Assembly: GCA_034003985.1 (NCBI GenBank)
Contig: JAVEXP010000001.1
Span: 236,190-300,189 of the forward strand
Length of the DNA: 64,000 nt
Direction: 5' to 3'
Origin: Patescibacteria group bacterium
Lineage (GTDB): Bacteria > Patescibacteriota > Patescibacteriia > Buchananbacterales > UBA6539
The notes below the pieces were generated by a model. That model saw only the letters and a list, made by a program, of their open reading frames with translations. It made no database searches and was not told the origin of the DNA. Below are positions 36,690 through 44,675 of this stretch, piece after piece. The position numbers and the translations under genes are program-made. The stretch's first letter is position 1. Every line of letters begins with the position of its first letter.

Positions 36690-39458
36690 TTAGATTTCCT
36701 TAGCTTTAATTACTTTTAGGCTGCCGACGGTTTCAACCAGGACGGTATCTCGCCTTTCAATTTTATTGGCTAGTAAATAGTTGGCCAAAGGATCTTGAAT
36801 TTTTTCTTGAATCAGCCTTCTTAATGGTCTGGCACCAAATTGCGGATCAAATCCTTGGCTGGCCAAGTCCGCCAGCGCTGTGGGCGTAATTTCAAGTTTG
36901 ATGCCTTTAGCCTCAAGATTACGCGCTACTTTATTGATCATTAATTGAGCAATTTTTTGAACATCTTCCAGTGACAATGGTTTAAATACAATTACCCCAT
37001 CAAATCGATTAAGAAATTCCGGCCGGAAATATTGGTTTAACTCACGATCCATTAATTGTTGCTTGGTCTGTTCAACACTAGTACCGTTTCTAATTTGTTC
37101 TTGAATGAAGGTTGATGCAGCGTTGGAAGTGGCGATAATAATGGCATTGGTGAAATCGACAGTCCGGCCGTTGTTGTCGGTTAAACGCCCATCTTCCATG
37201 ATTTGGAGAAATATATTAAGGATATCGGGATGAGCTTTTTCGATTTCATCCAACAAAATCAAAGAAAATGGATTTTTTCTTACCGCTTCAGATAAAAAAC
37301 CACCTTCCTCGCCATAGCCAGGAGGTGCGCCAATTAATCGATTGAGACTAGTTTTATCCTGGTATTCGGACATATCTAGTCTGATCATATTTTCCTGATC
37401 ACCAAAATAAACTTCCGCAACGGTTTTAGCCAACTCGGTCTTACCGACACCAGTTGGTCCAAGAAACAACAGATTAACAATCGGCCGGGAGAGGTCGCGC
37501 ATCTCCGCTCTGGCGCGACGCAAAGAAGAGGCAACCATCTCAACTGCTTCCACTTGGTCGACTACTCGCTGGTGGATCTTTTCTTCCAGATTGAGGAGTT
37601 TCTCCGACTCTTCCTTGGTTATTTCAGTCAACGGTATGTTAGTTTTTTGAGAAATTATCGCGGCAACATCATTTTCGTTAACGACACTATTTTTTCCTTT
37701 CTGATTGCGTACCGTCGTGGCGACCTCTTGAAGAACCTCGATCGCCTTTTCCGGAAGAAATCGGTCGTGTAAATAACGATCGGAAAGTAGAACCGTTTGA
37801 GCCACTGCGTCATAAGAAAAATATACTTGGTTTTGGTATTCAAAAGCCCCAACTTTAGATTCAACAATTTGAATCGCTTCGTTTCCGGAAACTTCCTGAA
37901 TTTCAATTTTTTCTAAAACATCATCAAGAGAACTCCGGCCTTCAACATAACGACGATAGTCACCGGGGGTAGAGGTCGCAATTACCAAAATTGTATTGGC
38001 CGCCAAGGTTTTGGCCAGTACATCCGCCAGATCAATACTACCTGGACGGCCGGAAGTAATGCCAACCATATTGTGAATGTCACCAATGTAAAGAACAATA
38101 TTGCCCGATCTTCTAATTTCGTTTAAAGCAAACATTAGTCGTTCCTGGGCTTCAGCCGGCGTAGCGCCGCTTACCAGTTTGGCGACGCTTAGACTGACTA
38201 GCCGTTTATCCTGAAGAAACTCCGGGACATCTTCTTCAACCATTCTTTGGACAATACCTTCAACAATGGTGTTTTTACCAACGCCAGGATTACCTACCAA
38301 AATGACACTGCGGCGAGTACCACCATGCATAATACTAAGAATATCATCAATCTCCTTTTCCCGACCGATACAAGGCATTAGATAACCGGCCTGAGCCAGT
38401 AAGGTCATATCTTGACTGAAAGCGTCCAAAACCGGCGTGGCAATGGCGGTCATGGAACGATTCATGGTACTACTTGGTTTCAAACTGGCCCGTTGGCGAA
38501 ATTTTTGCCAATTGGCTCGGAGTTGTTTTTTGATTCTTAACCAAGCGATGACATTGCTTATTTTATCTGAATCAATATCTAAATCGTACAGCAGCTCTTT
38601 AACATCATTTTCTTGACTCGCCAAAGCTTCTAGGATTTCAGTGACCTCAACTTTTTTCTGTCGCAATTGATATGACAAAAAATAAGATTCAAAAATGATT
38701 TTTTCGGCCAACTCGCCAAAAATTACCGGCATAGTGCCGCCGGCTGGCTGGCGACCAAGAATACTACGAATTTTATTTTTTAAAGTTGTAAACGGTACTC
38801 CCAAGCGGCTAAATATTATTTGAATTTGCTGATCAATCAGTAGTGATATTAACAGATGAATCGGAAAAACCGCCTGGTCTTTATATTTAGCCGCTAATTC
38901 CCAGGAACGATTGACTATTTGTCTGGCTTCGAAAGTAAAATACTTGGCAATGTCAATTTGTTTGCCGCGTGGCAACCGTTTGGCCTGCTCCCAGCTTAGC
39001 TGATCAAAAGCGGTTGGTTTTAATTCGTACGATTTTTTTGGAATATGTCTGATTTTTTCGATATCTCTTTGAAAACGGTAATAAAGGTAGGTATCGGTTA
39101 ATAATGAAAACCAAAAAATAACCAATTGCCAGCTGTGATATCGGTAGAATACCGATATGGGTAAATGGTTAGTGGTATAGATAACCAATTGCCAAACCAA
39201 CATTACCAACCCCAGCGCGCCGAATAAAAACAAAGTTATATTTATTAAGTTTTTTATAAAAAGCACTAATTTATGACGAGCAATGGTTGTAGCGCTGATT
39301 GGCTCACCCCAATAGAGCAATTCTTGTCCGGTCCAGGCCCTTAGAAAAAATCCGTCGCATTGTTCACATTTTTTATCATTAATAATCCCCTGCCCCTGAC
39401 AATCGGGACAAGTTAAAAATTGAAGCCGGGGATGATGATTTTTCGATTCTTGATTCAT
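36690..39458 (-). CDS. Membrane-anchored ClpC/ClpB-like AAA+ protein with an N-terminal DnaJ-type zinc finger, TM helices, Clp-N repeats, a degenerate first ATPase domain and a canonical second ATPase domain
   Basis: N-terminal CPDCQGQGI...CEQCDG. Two hydrophobic segments (aa ~65-120). D1 Walker A GNPGVGKNT and Walker B LYIGDIH (non-canonical). D2 [13 protein letters not shown] and LILLDEIEKAH (canonical). Confidence 0.75.
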   Translation of the reverse strand: MNQESKNHHPRLQFLTCPDCQGQGIINDKKCEQCDGFFLRAWTGQELLYWGEPISATTIARHKLVLFIKNLINITLFLFGALGLVMLVWQLVIYTTNHLPISVFYRYHSWQLVIFWFSLLTDTYLYYRFQRDIEKIRHIPKKSYELKPTAFDQLSWEQAKRLPRGKQIDIAKYFTFEARQIVNRSWELAAKYKDQAVFPIHLLISLLIDQQIQIIFSRLGVPFTTLKNKIRSILGRQPAGGTMPVIFGELAEKIIFESYFLSYQLRQKKVEVTEILEALASQENDVKELLYDLDIDSDKISNVIAWLRIKKQLRANWQKFRQRASLKPSSTMNRSMTAIATPVLDAFSQDMTLLAQAGYLMPCIGREKEIDDILSIMHGGTRRSVILVGNPGVGKNTIVEGIVQRMVEEDVPEFLQDKRLVSLSVAKLVSGATPAEAQERLMFALNEIRRSGNIVLYIGDIHNMVGITSGRPGSIDLADVLAKTLAANTILVIATSTPGDYRRYVEGRSSLDDVLEKIEIQEVSGNEAIQIVESKVGAFEYQNQVYFSYDAVAQTVLLSDRYLHDRFLPEKAIEVLQEVATTVRNQKGKNSVVNENDVAAIISQKTNIPLTEITKEESEKLLNLEEKIHQRVVDQVEAVEMVASSLRRARAEMRDLSRPIVNLLFLGPTGVGKTELAKTVAEVYFGDQENMIRLDMSEYQDKTSLNRLIGAPPGYGEEGGFLSEAVRKNPFSLILLDEIEKAHPDILNIFLQIMEDGRLTDNNGRTVDFTNAIIIATSNAASTFIQEQIRNGTSVEQTKQQLMDRELNQYFRPEFLNRFDGVIVFKPLSLEDVQKIAQLMINKVARNLEAKGIKLEITPTALADLASQGFDPQFGARPLRRLIQEKIQDPLANYLLANKIERRDTVLVETVGSLKVIKAKEI

Positions 39459-39460
39459 AG

Positions 39461-39838
39461 TCAGCTAATTACCCAACTAAAATTAGCCCAAATTTGATTG
39501 ACGATTAAAATCGGCAGCCCAAGGTAAAATAATAATCCCAGAAAAACAACAATAACCCAAATCGCCAAAATAATTGATCTGACAATTATTTGAACCAATC
39601 GAGCAAAAAAACTTATCAATCTTCCTTCAATATCGTATTGACCAAACATGGGGGTAAAAATATTTTTTATCCAAACGGCAATCCCAAGTCTTTGGCTTTG
39701 ATTTTTGATGGAAAACAAGCAGCCTCTTAAAGTTTTTAATAGCCCTTTAGAATACCACCAAACAGGCCAATATAAAAAATCACCAATCAAGTCCACAATA
39801 ACGAATTTAGCCGGAGAATAAACAATATTTTTTTTCAT
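39461..39838 (-). CDS. Small hypothetical membrane protein, first gene of the ClpC-like operon
   Basis: 125 aa, two hydrophobic helices; stop is 2 nt before the ClpC-like start. Confidence 0.45.
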   Translation of the reverse strand: MKKNIVYSPAKFVIVDLIGDFLYWPVWWYSKGLLKTLRGCLFSIKNQSQRLGIAVWIKNIFTPMFGQYDIEGRLISFFARLVQIIVRSIILAIWVIVVFLGLLFYLGLPILIVNQIWANFSWVIS

Positions 39839-39905
39839 ATTTTATATATTATACCACAAAAGCTCCAAATAAAAAAAGCCGATCCCTCCCGAAGAAAGAT
39901 CGGAC

Positions 39906-40031
39906 CTAGCCGCGCTCAAGTTTGCGCAAGATCTTGCGCAGGAGTCGCAGGATAGGATTTTTGGTGTGCCGGCTGATGCGACGGTACAGATACCGCCGGT
40001 GATTATGATGATGGTGCTGCTGTTGACTCAT
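39906..40031 (-). CDS. Possible 41-aa His/Arg-rich peptide (MSQQQHHHHNHRRYLYRRISRHTKNPILRLLRKILRKLERG)
   Basis: ATG preceded by AAAGGGGGA RBS (minus strand). High-GC island; divergent from the 40308 peptide gene. Manual read; below the ORF-track cutoff. Confidence 0.3.
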   Translation of the reverse strand: MSQQQHHHHNHRRYLYRRISRHTKNPILRLLRKILRKLERG

Positions 40032-40190
40032 TTGTCCCCCTTTCTGCCGAATCGGCTTCAAGGTTTTGGTTGTGGGTAATGGGGGTCAAATTTTTATCTG
40101 GTTTAAGGATCTCTCTAATTTAAAAAAATGTCAAGTCCGATATCGTAGTTTTAGAAGTGATAAAAAAATATTTATTATATCATTTTGATC

Positions 40191-40224
40191 AAACCTGTCA
40201 AGTATCCATACTCTTGACAGGTTT
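40191..40224. promoter_or_regulatory. Perfect 12-bp inverted repeat AAACCTGTCAAG-N10-CTTGACAGGTTT overlapping the -35 of the 40308 gene promoter; candidate operator
   Basis: The right half-site contains TTGACA (40214-40219); TAAAAT -10 at 40236-40241 (16-nt spacer); ~65 nt upstream of a strong-RBS small ORF. Confidence 0.5.
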
Positions 40225-40307
40225 GCGACGATTATTAAAATGCCCTCATTATTTGGTTACTGAGACCAAATAAAAACAGGGAATAAGAACGAGGAGGAAA
40301 ATCCAAG

Positions 40308-40490
40308 ATGAAGATTAGTGAGAGAGTAATTTGGTTGCTGATCCTGGGGTTGTTTTGTCTGGCGGGTCCAGCGCTGGCAAATCAAGCAGCTGGAGAGGCC
40401 GGTTTCAGTCTGGCTTACTGCGTCATTGTGGCATCTACCTTATTTACTCCGATTGGCCTAAATTATTTGCTTAGTAAGTATAATAACTAA
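40308..40490 (+). CDS. 60-aa signal-peptide-bearing hydrophobic peptide (bacteriocin-like or small secreted/membrane peptide)
   Basis: Strong RBS GAGGAGG 8 nt before ATG; own promoter with palindromic operator. N-terminal MKISERVIWLLILGLFCLAGPALA then 36 aa NQAAGEAGFSLAYCVIVASTLFTPIGLNYLLSKYNN. Rho-independent terminator follows. Confidence 0.6.
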   Translation: MKISERVIWLLILGLFCLAGPALANQAAGEAGFSLAYCVIVASTLFTPIGLNYLLSKYNN

Positions 40491-40520
40491 GCAAAATAGA
40501 GGCCGATGAATGTGGATCAG

Positions 40521-40550
40521 CAACCCGGTGTGCCGTCGGGTTGTTTTTTA
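40521..40550 (+). terminator. Rho-independent terminator CAACCCGG-tgtgcc-GTCGGGTTG + T6
   Basis: Perfect GC-rich stem followed by TTTTTT, 30 nt after the 40308..40490 stop. Confidence 0.7.
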
Positions 40551-40620
40551 ATTGAGATAAATTATATTTACTAGTTGTTACAAATTTATAATATTTTTAG
40601 CATTGATTGATATTTTTTTA

Positions 40621-41523
40621 TTACCAACAAATTCTGACTTCTTCTTTAATTATTTCTTTTAAATATTCTTTTGTTTCGGCAAGATCGCCAATTTTATCAA
40701 TTAGACCTTTTTCCAATGCCATTTGCCCAAGCATACTGGAACCGTCCGCCAACTTTTTGACCTTTTCAATATCCAATTTTCTGTTTTCAGAAACAGTCTT
40801 AATAAAGTTGTTATATATTATTTCGGTATCTCTAGCCAGAAGCTCTTTTTCTTCGTTGGACAAAGACTTGTTGGGGTTGCCAGTATCTTTAAATTTTCCA
40901 AAGCTAATTTGGTTGTAAGTTAACCCTTCGCTTTGATTTTGGCGGACATTATCTACATACGACATCGTCACTCCAATGCCACCAATGTCAGAATTTTCAG
41001 AGGCAAAAATAATGTCAGCACCGGTAGCCGCCCAGTAGGCGGCGGATACCCCACTTTCTCTGATTAAAACAACGGTTGGCTTTTTAGCTTTTTTTAAAGC
41101 TTCAGCTACTTCCTCAGCGGCTACCGGGTAGCCGCCGTAAGAATCGATTTCAATCAAAATGGCCTTGATATTGTCGTCTTTATCCGCATCGGTAATCCAG
41201 TAGACGATATTTTCCGATGCGGTTTGGTCTTCGAGCGGGCTTCCGTCTTCGTCAAAGTTGTAAGGGGGTATATAAGTTATCAGCTCACCGCGAAGTTCGA
41301 TGCCATAGACATTGCAACTTTCTTCTTCGATATACTCATTAGCCTGATATTCGTTAATTTTTTCCTCATTAAATGAATGGTTTCCAAACTGCCAGGCAAA
41401 TTCATTTTTGATTGTTATAAAAGATGCTGTGATAATCAAAAAAATTGTGATTATTTTTAAAATTTTTAAATCATGATTGCCGTCCCATAGCTTGAAACTA
41501 ATATTTTTTTTGTTTTCAATCAT
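40621..41523 (-). CDS. sppA: Signal peptide peptidase SppA (S49 family, 36K type)
   Basis: N-terminal TM; IDSYGGYPVAAEEV and GVSAAYWAATGADIIFA S49 motifs; 300 aa. Confidence 0.8.
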   Translation of the reverse strand: MIENKKNISFKLWDGNHDLKILKIITIFLIITASFITIKNEFAWQFGNHSFNEEKINEYQANEYIEEESCNVYGIELRGELITYIPPYNFDEDGSPLEDQTASENIVYWITDADKDDNIKAILIEIDSYGGYPVAAEEVAEALKKAKKPTVVLIRESGVSAAYWAATGADIIFASENSDIGGIGVTMSYVDNVRQNQSEGLTYNQISFGKFKDTGNPNKSLSNEEKELLARDTEIIYNNFIKTVSENRKLDIEKVKKLADGSSMLGQMALEKGLIDKIGDLAETKEYLKEIIKEEVRICW

Positions 41524-41601
41524 ATATTTTTTATTTATTTTTAAAAAAATTTTAGCTGACTGCTCGGAAATTATACCAAGTCATATTATGTTAGTTTGTC
41601 G

Positions 41602-42750
41602 CTATAATTTACCTGTTTTGATTTGCTGGCGGATTTCTTTCATTAATCTCAAATAAAAATCAAGGTTATTCAGGGTTGCCAGCCGCATTGCCAATGGTTC
41701 ATTGGTAGCAAATAAATGGTGCAAATAGGCCTTTGAATATTGTTTTAGATTGGTATTATTGATTGGCAAAAAGTCAGCGCGGTATTTGGCGTTAGTAATG
41801 TTGATGGTTTTATACCAATTATTATTACGACCCCGAACAAAGTGAGGGAAAAGCAATTTAGATTGCTTCGTCGGTCGCCTACGGCTCCCTCCGCGCAATG
41901 ACAATTCAGAAGACCAAAGGTAAAGTCTGCCATGTCTTGCTTCGCGGGTGGGAATAACGCAGTCAAACATATCAATTCCTAACCTAACAGCTTGGATGAT
42001 TTCTTCCGGCCGGCCTAAACCCATTAGGTAGTGAGGTTTATTTAATGGTAAAATTGGTACTACCCAGTTTAAAATATCTTTCATTTTTTCCCGCGGTTCT
42101 CCGACAGCTACGCCGCCGACAGCATAACCGTCAAAATCAAGATCCGTCAAATCCTTAGCTGATCTGAGTCGCAGATCTTTATAAGTGCCACCTTGGACTA
42201 TACCAAAAAGCATCTGCTTTTTTAAAATGTGAGATTTTTTACAACGACTCGCCCAACGCGTAGTTCGTTCCATTGATTCCTTAATCTGACTTTTTTTAGC
42301 CGGATAGCCGATAACATCATCAAAGGCCATGGCAATATCTACTCCCAAGTCCTGCTGTATGGACATAGAATTTTCCGGGGTCAAAAGATATTTTTTACCG
42401 CTTGCTGGGTCGCTAAAGGTAACGCCTTCTTCGGTAATTTTTCTAAGCCTGGCCAAGGAAAAGACTTGAAAGCCACCGGAATCGGTTAGAATCGGCCCAG
42501 ACCAATTCATAAATTTAGCCAGTCCCCCATTTTCTTTGATTAGTTTTTCGCCAGGCGTCAACATCAGATGGTAGGTATTAGAAAGGATAATTTGGGCTCC
42601 CAAAACTTTTAACTCTTCGGGGTTTAAATTTTTAACTGCAGCTTTGGTGGCAATCGGCATAAAAAACGGACCCATGATTTCTCCATGAGCCGTTTTTAGC
42701 CTTGTTAATCTGGCCTTAGACTTAGATGACTGCTTTAAAATTTTAAACAT
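41602..42750 (-). CDS. tgt: Queuine tRNA-ribosyltransferase (Tgt) homolog lacking the CxCxxC zinc ligands and carrying a ~33-aa Arg-rich insertion
   Basis: Catalytic motifs DSGGFQV and GIDMFDCV present, plus YSKAYLHHL. The position of E. coli CDCYTC reads INNTNL. Insert LWSSELSLRGGSRRRPTKQSKLLFPHFVRGRNNNW sits between PTR and NAKY. Confidence 0.8.
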   Translation of the reverse strand: MFKILKQSSKSKARLTRLKTAHGEIMGPFFMPIATKAAVKNLNPEELKVLGAQIILSNTYHLMLTPGEKLIKENGGLAKFMNWSGPILTDSGGFQVFSLARLRKITEEGVTFSDPASGKKYLLTPENSMSIQQDLGVDIAMAFDDVIGYPAKKSQIKESMERTTRWASRCKKSHILKKQMLFGIVQGGTYKDLRLRSAKDLTDLDFDGYAVGGVAVGEPREKMKDILNWVVPILPLNKPHYLMGLGRPEEIIQAVRLGIDMFDCVIPTREARHGRLYLWSSELSLRGGSRRRPTKQSKLLFPHFVRGRNNNWYKTINITNAKYRADFLPINNTNLKQYSKAYLHHLFATNEPLAMRLATLNNLDFYLRLMKEIRQQIKTGKL

Positions 42751-42752
42751 TT

Positions 42753-44675
42753 CTATTCAGTAATATCAATAACTAACCCCTTACCACCGGCAATCGGATC
42801 ATCTTCAAGATTGGAAGTCACGGCCTTGCCATTACGGTTAACCGATGATTCAGTGGTCTGGTCAGTGGCAGTTAAGGTGGTCTGGTCAGTTAAAATAATT
42901 AGTTTTCTGACCTGTTGAGCGGTTGGAGTCACCGAAATATCAAACCAGACATTGTGATCGTCAAAAGTCTGGTTGGTATTAATATTATCAATTGACCAGA
43001 CAACCGAGCGGTCAGCTGAACTGTAGCTAATGCTACCACCTTGAACCAAATATTTGTTTTCCCACTCAACACCATCGGGCAAAATAGTTTTTACCTTAAT
43101 ATTCGATACCGGGTGAAGACTGTTAGCAATTGACCAGTAGATTCGGAAAGAAGTTTTTTGACCGACGACCGGCGGTAGCGGGCCGGTACCAACCGCAATA
43201 TTGTCATCGTTGAAATATCGACCCTCTACCGCCAATTCCAAATCAGTGTTGATATTATTTTCAATTTCACCGCTTTCAATATTTAAATCATCAACCGCCA
43301 GCTCGCCGATTTTTTCCAAAGTTACCCGCGCCTGACTTTTGACGGTTAATTGAGTATTTTGAATATCAATTGATCCAGCATTTTTGATTTGGATAGCAAT
43401 ATCAATAGTGCCTTCATCGAGCGGGCGAAGTAATGCCAATCCGGAGATTTCATCTTTACTCCAAGTCAAACGCTGATTATCGCGCTGACCCTTATTTTTA
43501 TCTTCCAGAGTATCAAAGTCCAAAATTTCAGAATCCAAATCAAGACTAACAACAACATTATTCAAATCACTTTGACCGAGATTTTTGTAAACAATTGAAT
43601 AAGTCAAAGTCTGTCCAAAATTAATCGGCTGATCTTGAGTTGAACCATTAATAATAAGATTTAAGCTCAAGCCCGGATCGACAACTTCAGTAGTAAAGAT
43701 TTTTTCTTGTTGCAAGGAGAATTCTTCAGTTTCGGAATCCAAAAAGCCAAGCTCTACTTTTAAATCCGCCTTGATCATTTCTTGATTTTTTAAATAACCA
43801 CCGCTGATTTCGATTTCACCTTCCTGATTACTCTCTAGATTTTCAATTATCCATTGATTATGAAGATTACGGGCATCTTCTTCTCGGGAAAAAGCCGGCG
43901 GCGCAGACTCCTGGAAAACGAAATTGGCCGGATAAGTTACCTGGATTTTGATTTTTTTCAAAGCTTGCGCTGAATTATTGCGATAATTTATTTTATAGCT
44001 GACTTTTTTTTCCGGCAAGATTTTTTCCGGACCCTCAACCTTAAGCTCTAAAATCGATGAAGTAATCTGACTGCTAAAAGATTCAGTTTCTTTAAACACT
44101 GAACTGAAATTTTCCGGCCGGAAAGAAACCGTAGCATTTAAATTTTTTAATGATCCGACTTCGCCAATTAATTTTCCAGTGATTTCAATTTTTCCGGATT
44201 CTCCTTTGGCCAGTTCCCCGATGTCCCACGAGGTATTGAAGCCGTTGGTTGGCGCTGGATTGGCGGAGATAAACTCAAATCCATCAGGATAACGAAGTAT
44301 TATTTGGACATCATGAAGGACGACTTTTTCATTATTATGGTACTCCAAAGTATAAACCACTTCGTCGCCTGAAGCAATATTTTGTTGCCCTTTAATTTTT
44401 AAATCAATTGTTCTGTCGTTAAGATTTTGGTTGGGGTTTATCAAAATATACCCCAACCAACTTAAAGCCGCCAAAAAACCCAGCAAGAGCATCGTTCCGA
44501 CTAGAATAATTTTCCACCTGGCTCGCCTTTTTATTTCCAAATGCGAAATATCGGGCAAGCTTCCATCGCTATTGCTATAGATTTTCATTAATCCTTTTTG
44601 GACGGCAGAGTCATCGTTTTTCGCTTGGCGCCTATATTTATTCAATTGATCTTGTTGCATAAATTTAATTGGCAA
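42753..44675 (-). CDS. Single-pass membrane-anchored cell-surface protein with repeated DUF11/CARDB-like beta-sandwich domains
   Basis: TM at aa ~55-78. Then ~560 aa of repetitive Ig-like segments with recurring ...G.S..I.I...N.G... patterns. Confidence 0.5.
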   Translation of the reverse strand: MPIKFMQQDQLNKYRRQAKNDDSAVQKGLMKIYSNSDGSLPDISHLEIKRRARWKIILVGTMLLLGFLAALSWLGYILINPNQNLNDRTIDLKIKGQQNIASGDEVVYTLEYHNNEKVVLHDVQIILRYPDGFEFISANPAPTNGFNTSWDIGELAKGESGKIEITGKLIGEVGSLKNLNATVSFRPENFSSVFKETESFSSQITSSILELKVEGPEKILPEKKVSYKINYRNNSAQALKKIKIQVTYPANFVFQESAPPAFSREEDARNLHNQWIIENLESNQEGEIEISGGYLKNQEMIKADLKVELGFLDSETEEFSLQQEKIFTTEVVDPGLSLNLIINGSTQDQPINFGQTLTYSIVYKNLGQSDLNNVVVSLDLDSEILDFDTLEDKNKGQRDNQRLTWSKDEISGLALLRPLDEGTIDIAIQIKNAGSIDIQNTQLTVKSQARVTLEKIGELAVDDLNIESGEIENNINTDLELAVEGRYFNDDNIAVGTGPLPPVVGQKTSFRIYWSIANSLHPVSNIKVKTILPDGVEWENKYLVQGGSISYSSADRSVVWSIDNINTNQTFDDHNVWFDISVTPTAQQVRKLIILTDQTTLTATDQTTESSVNRNGKAVTSNLEDDPIAGGKGLVIDITE

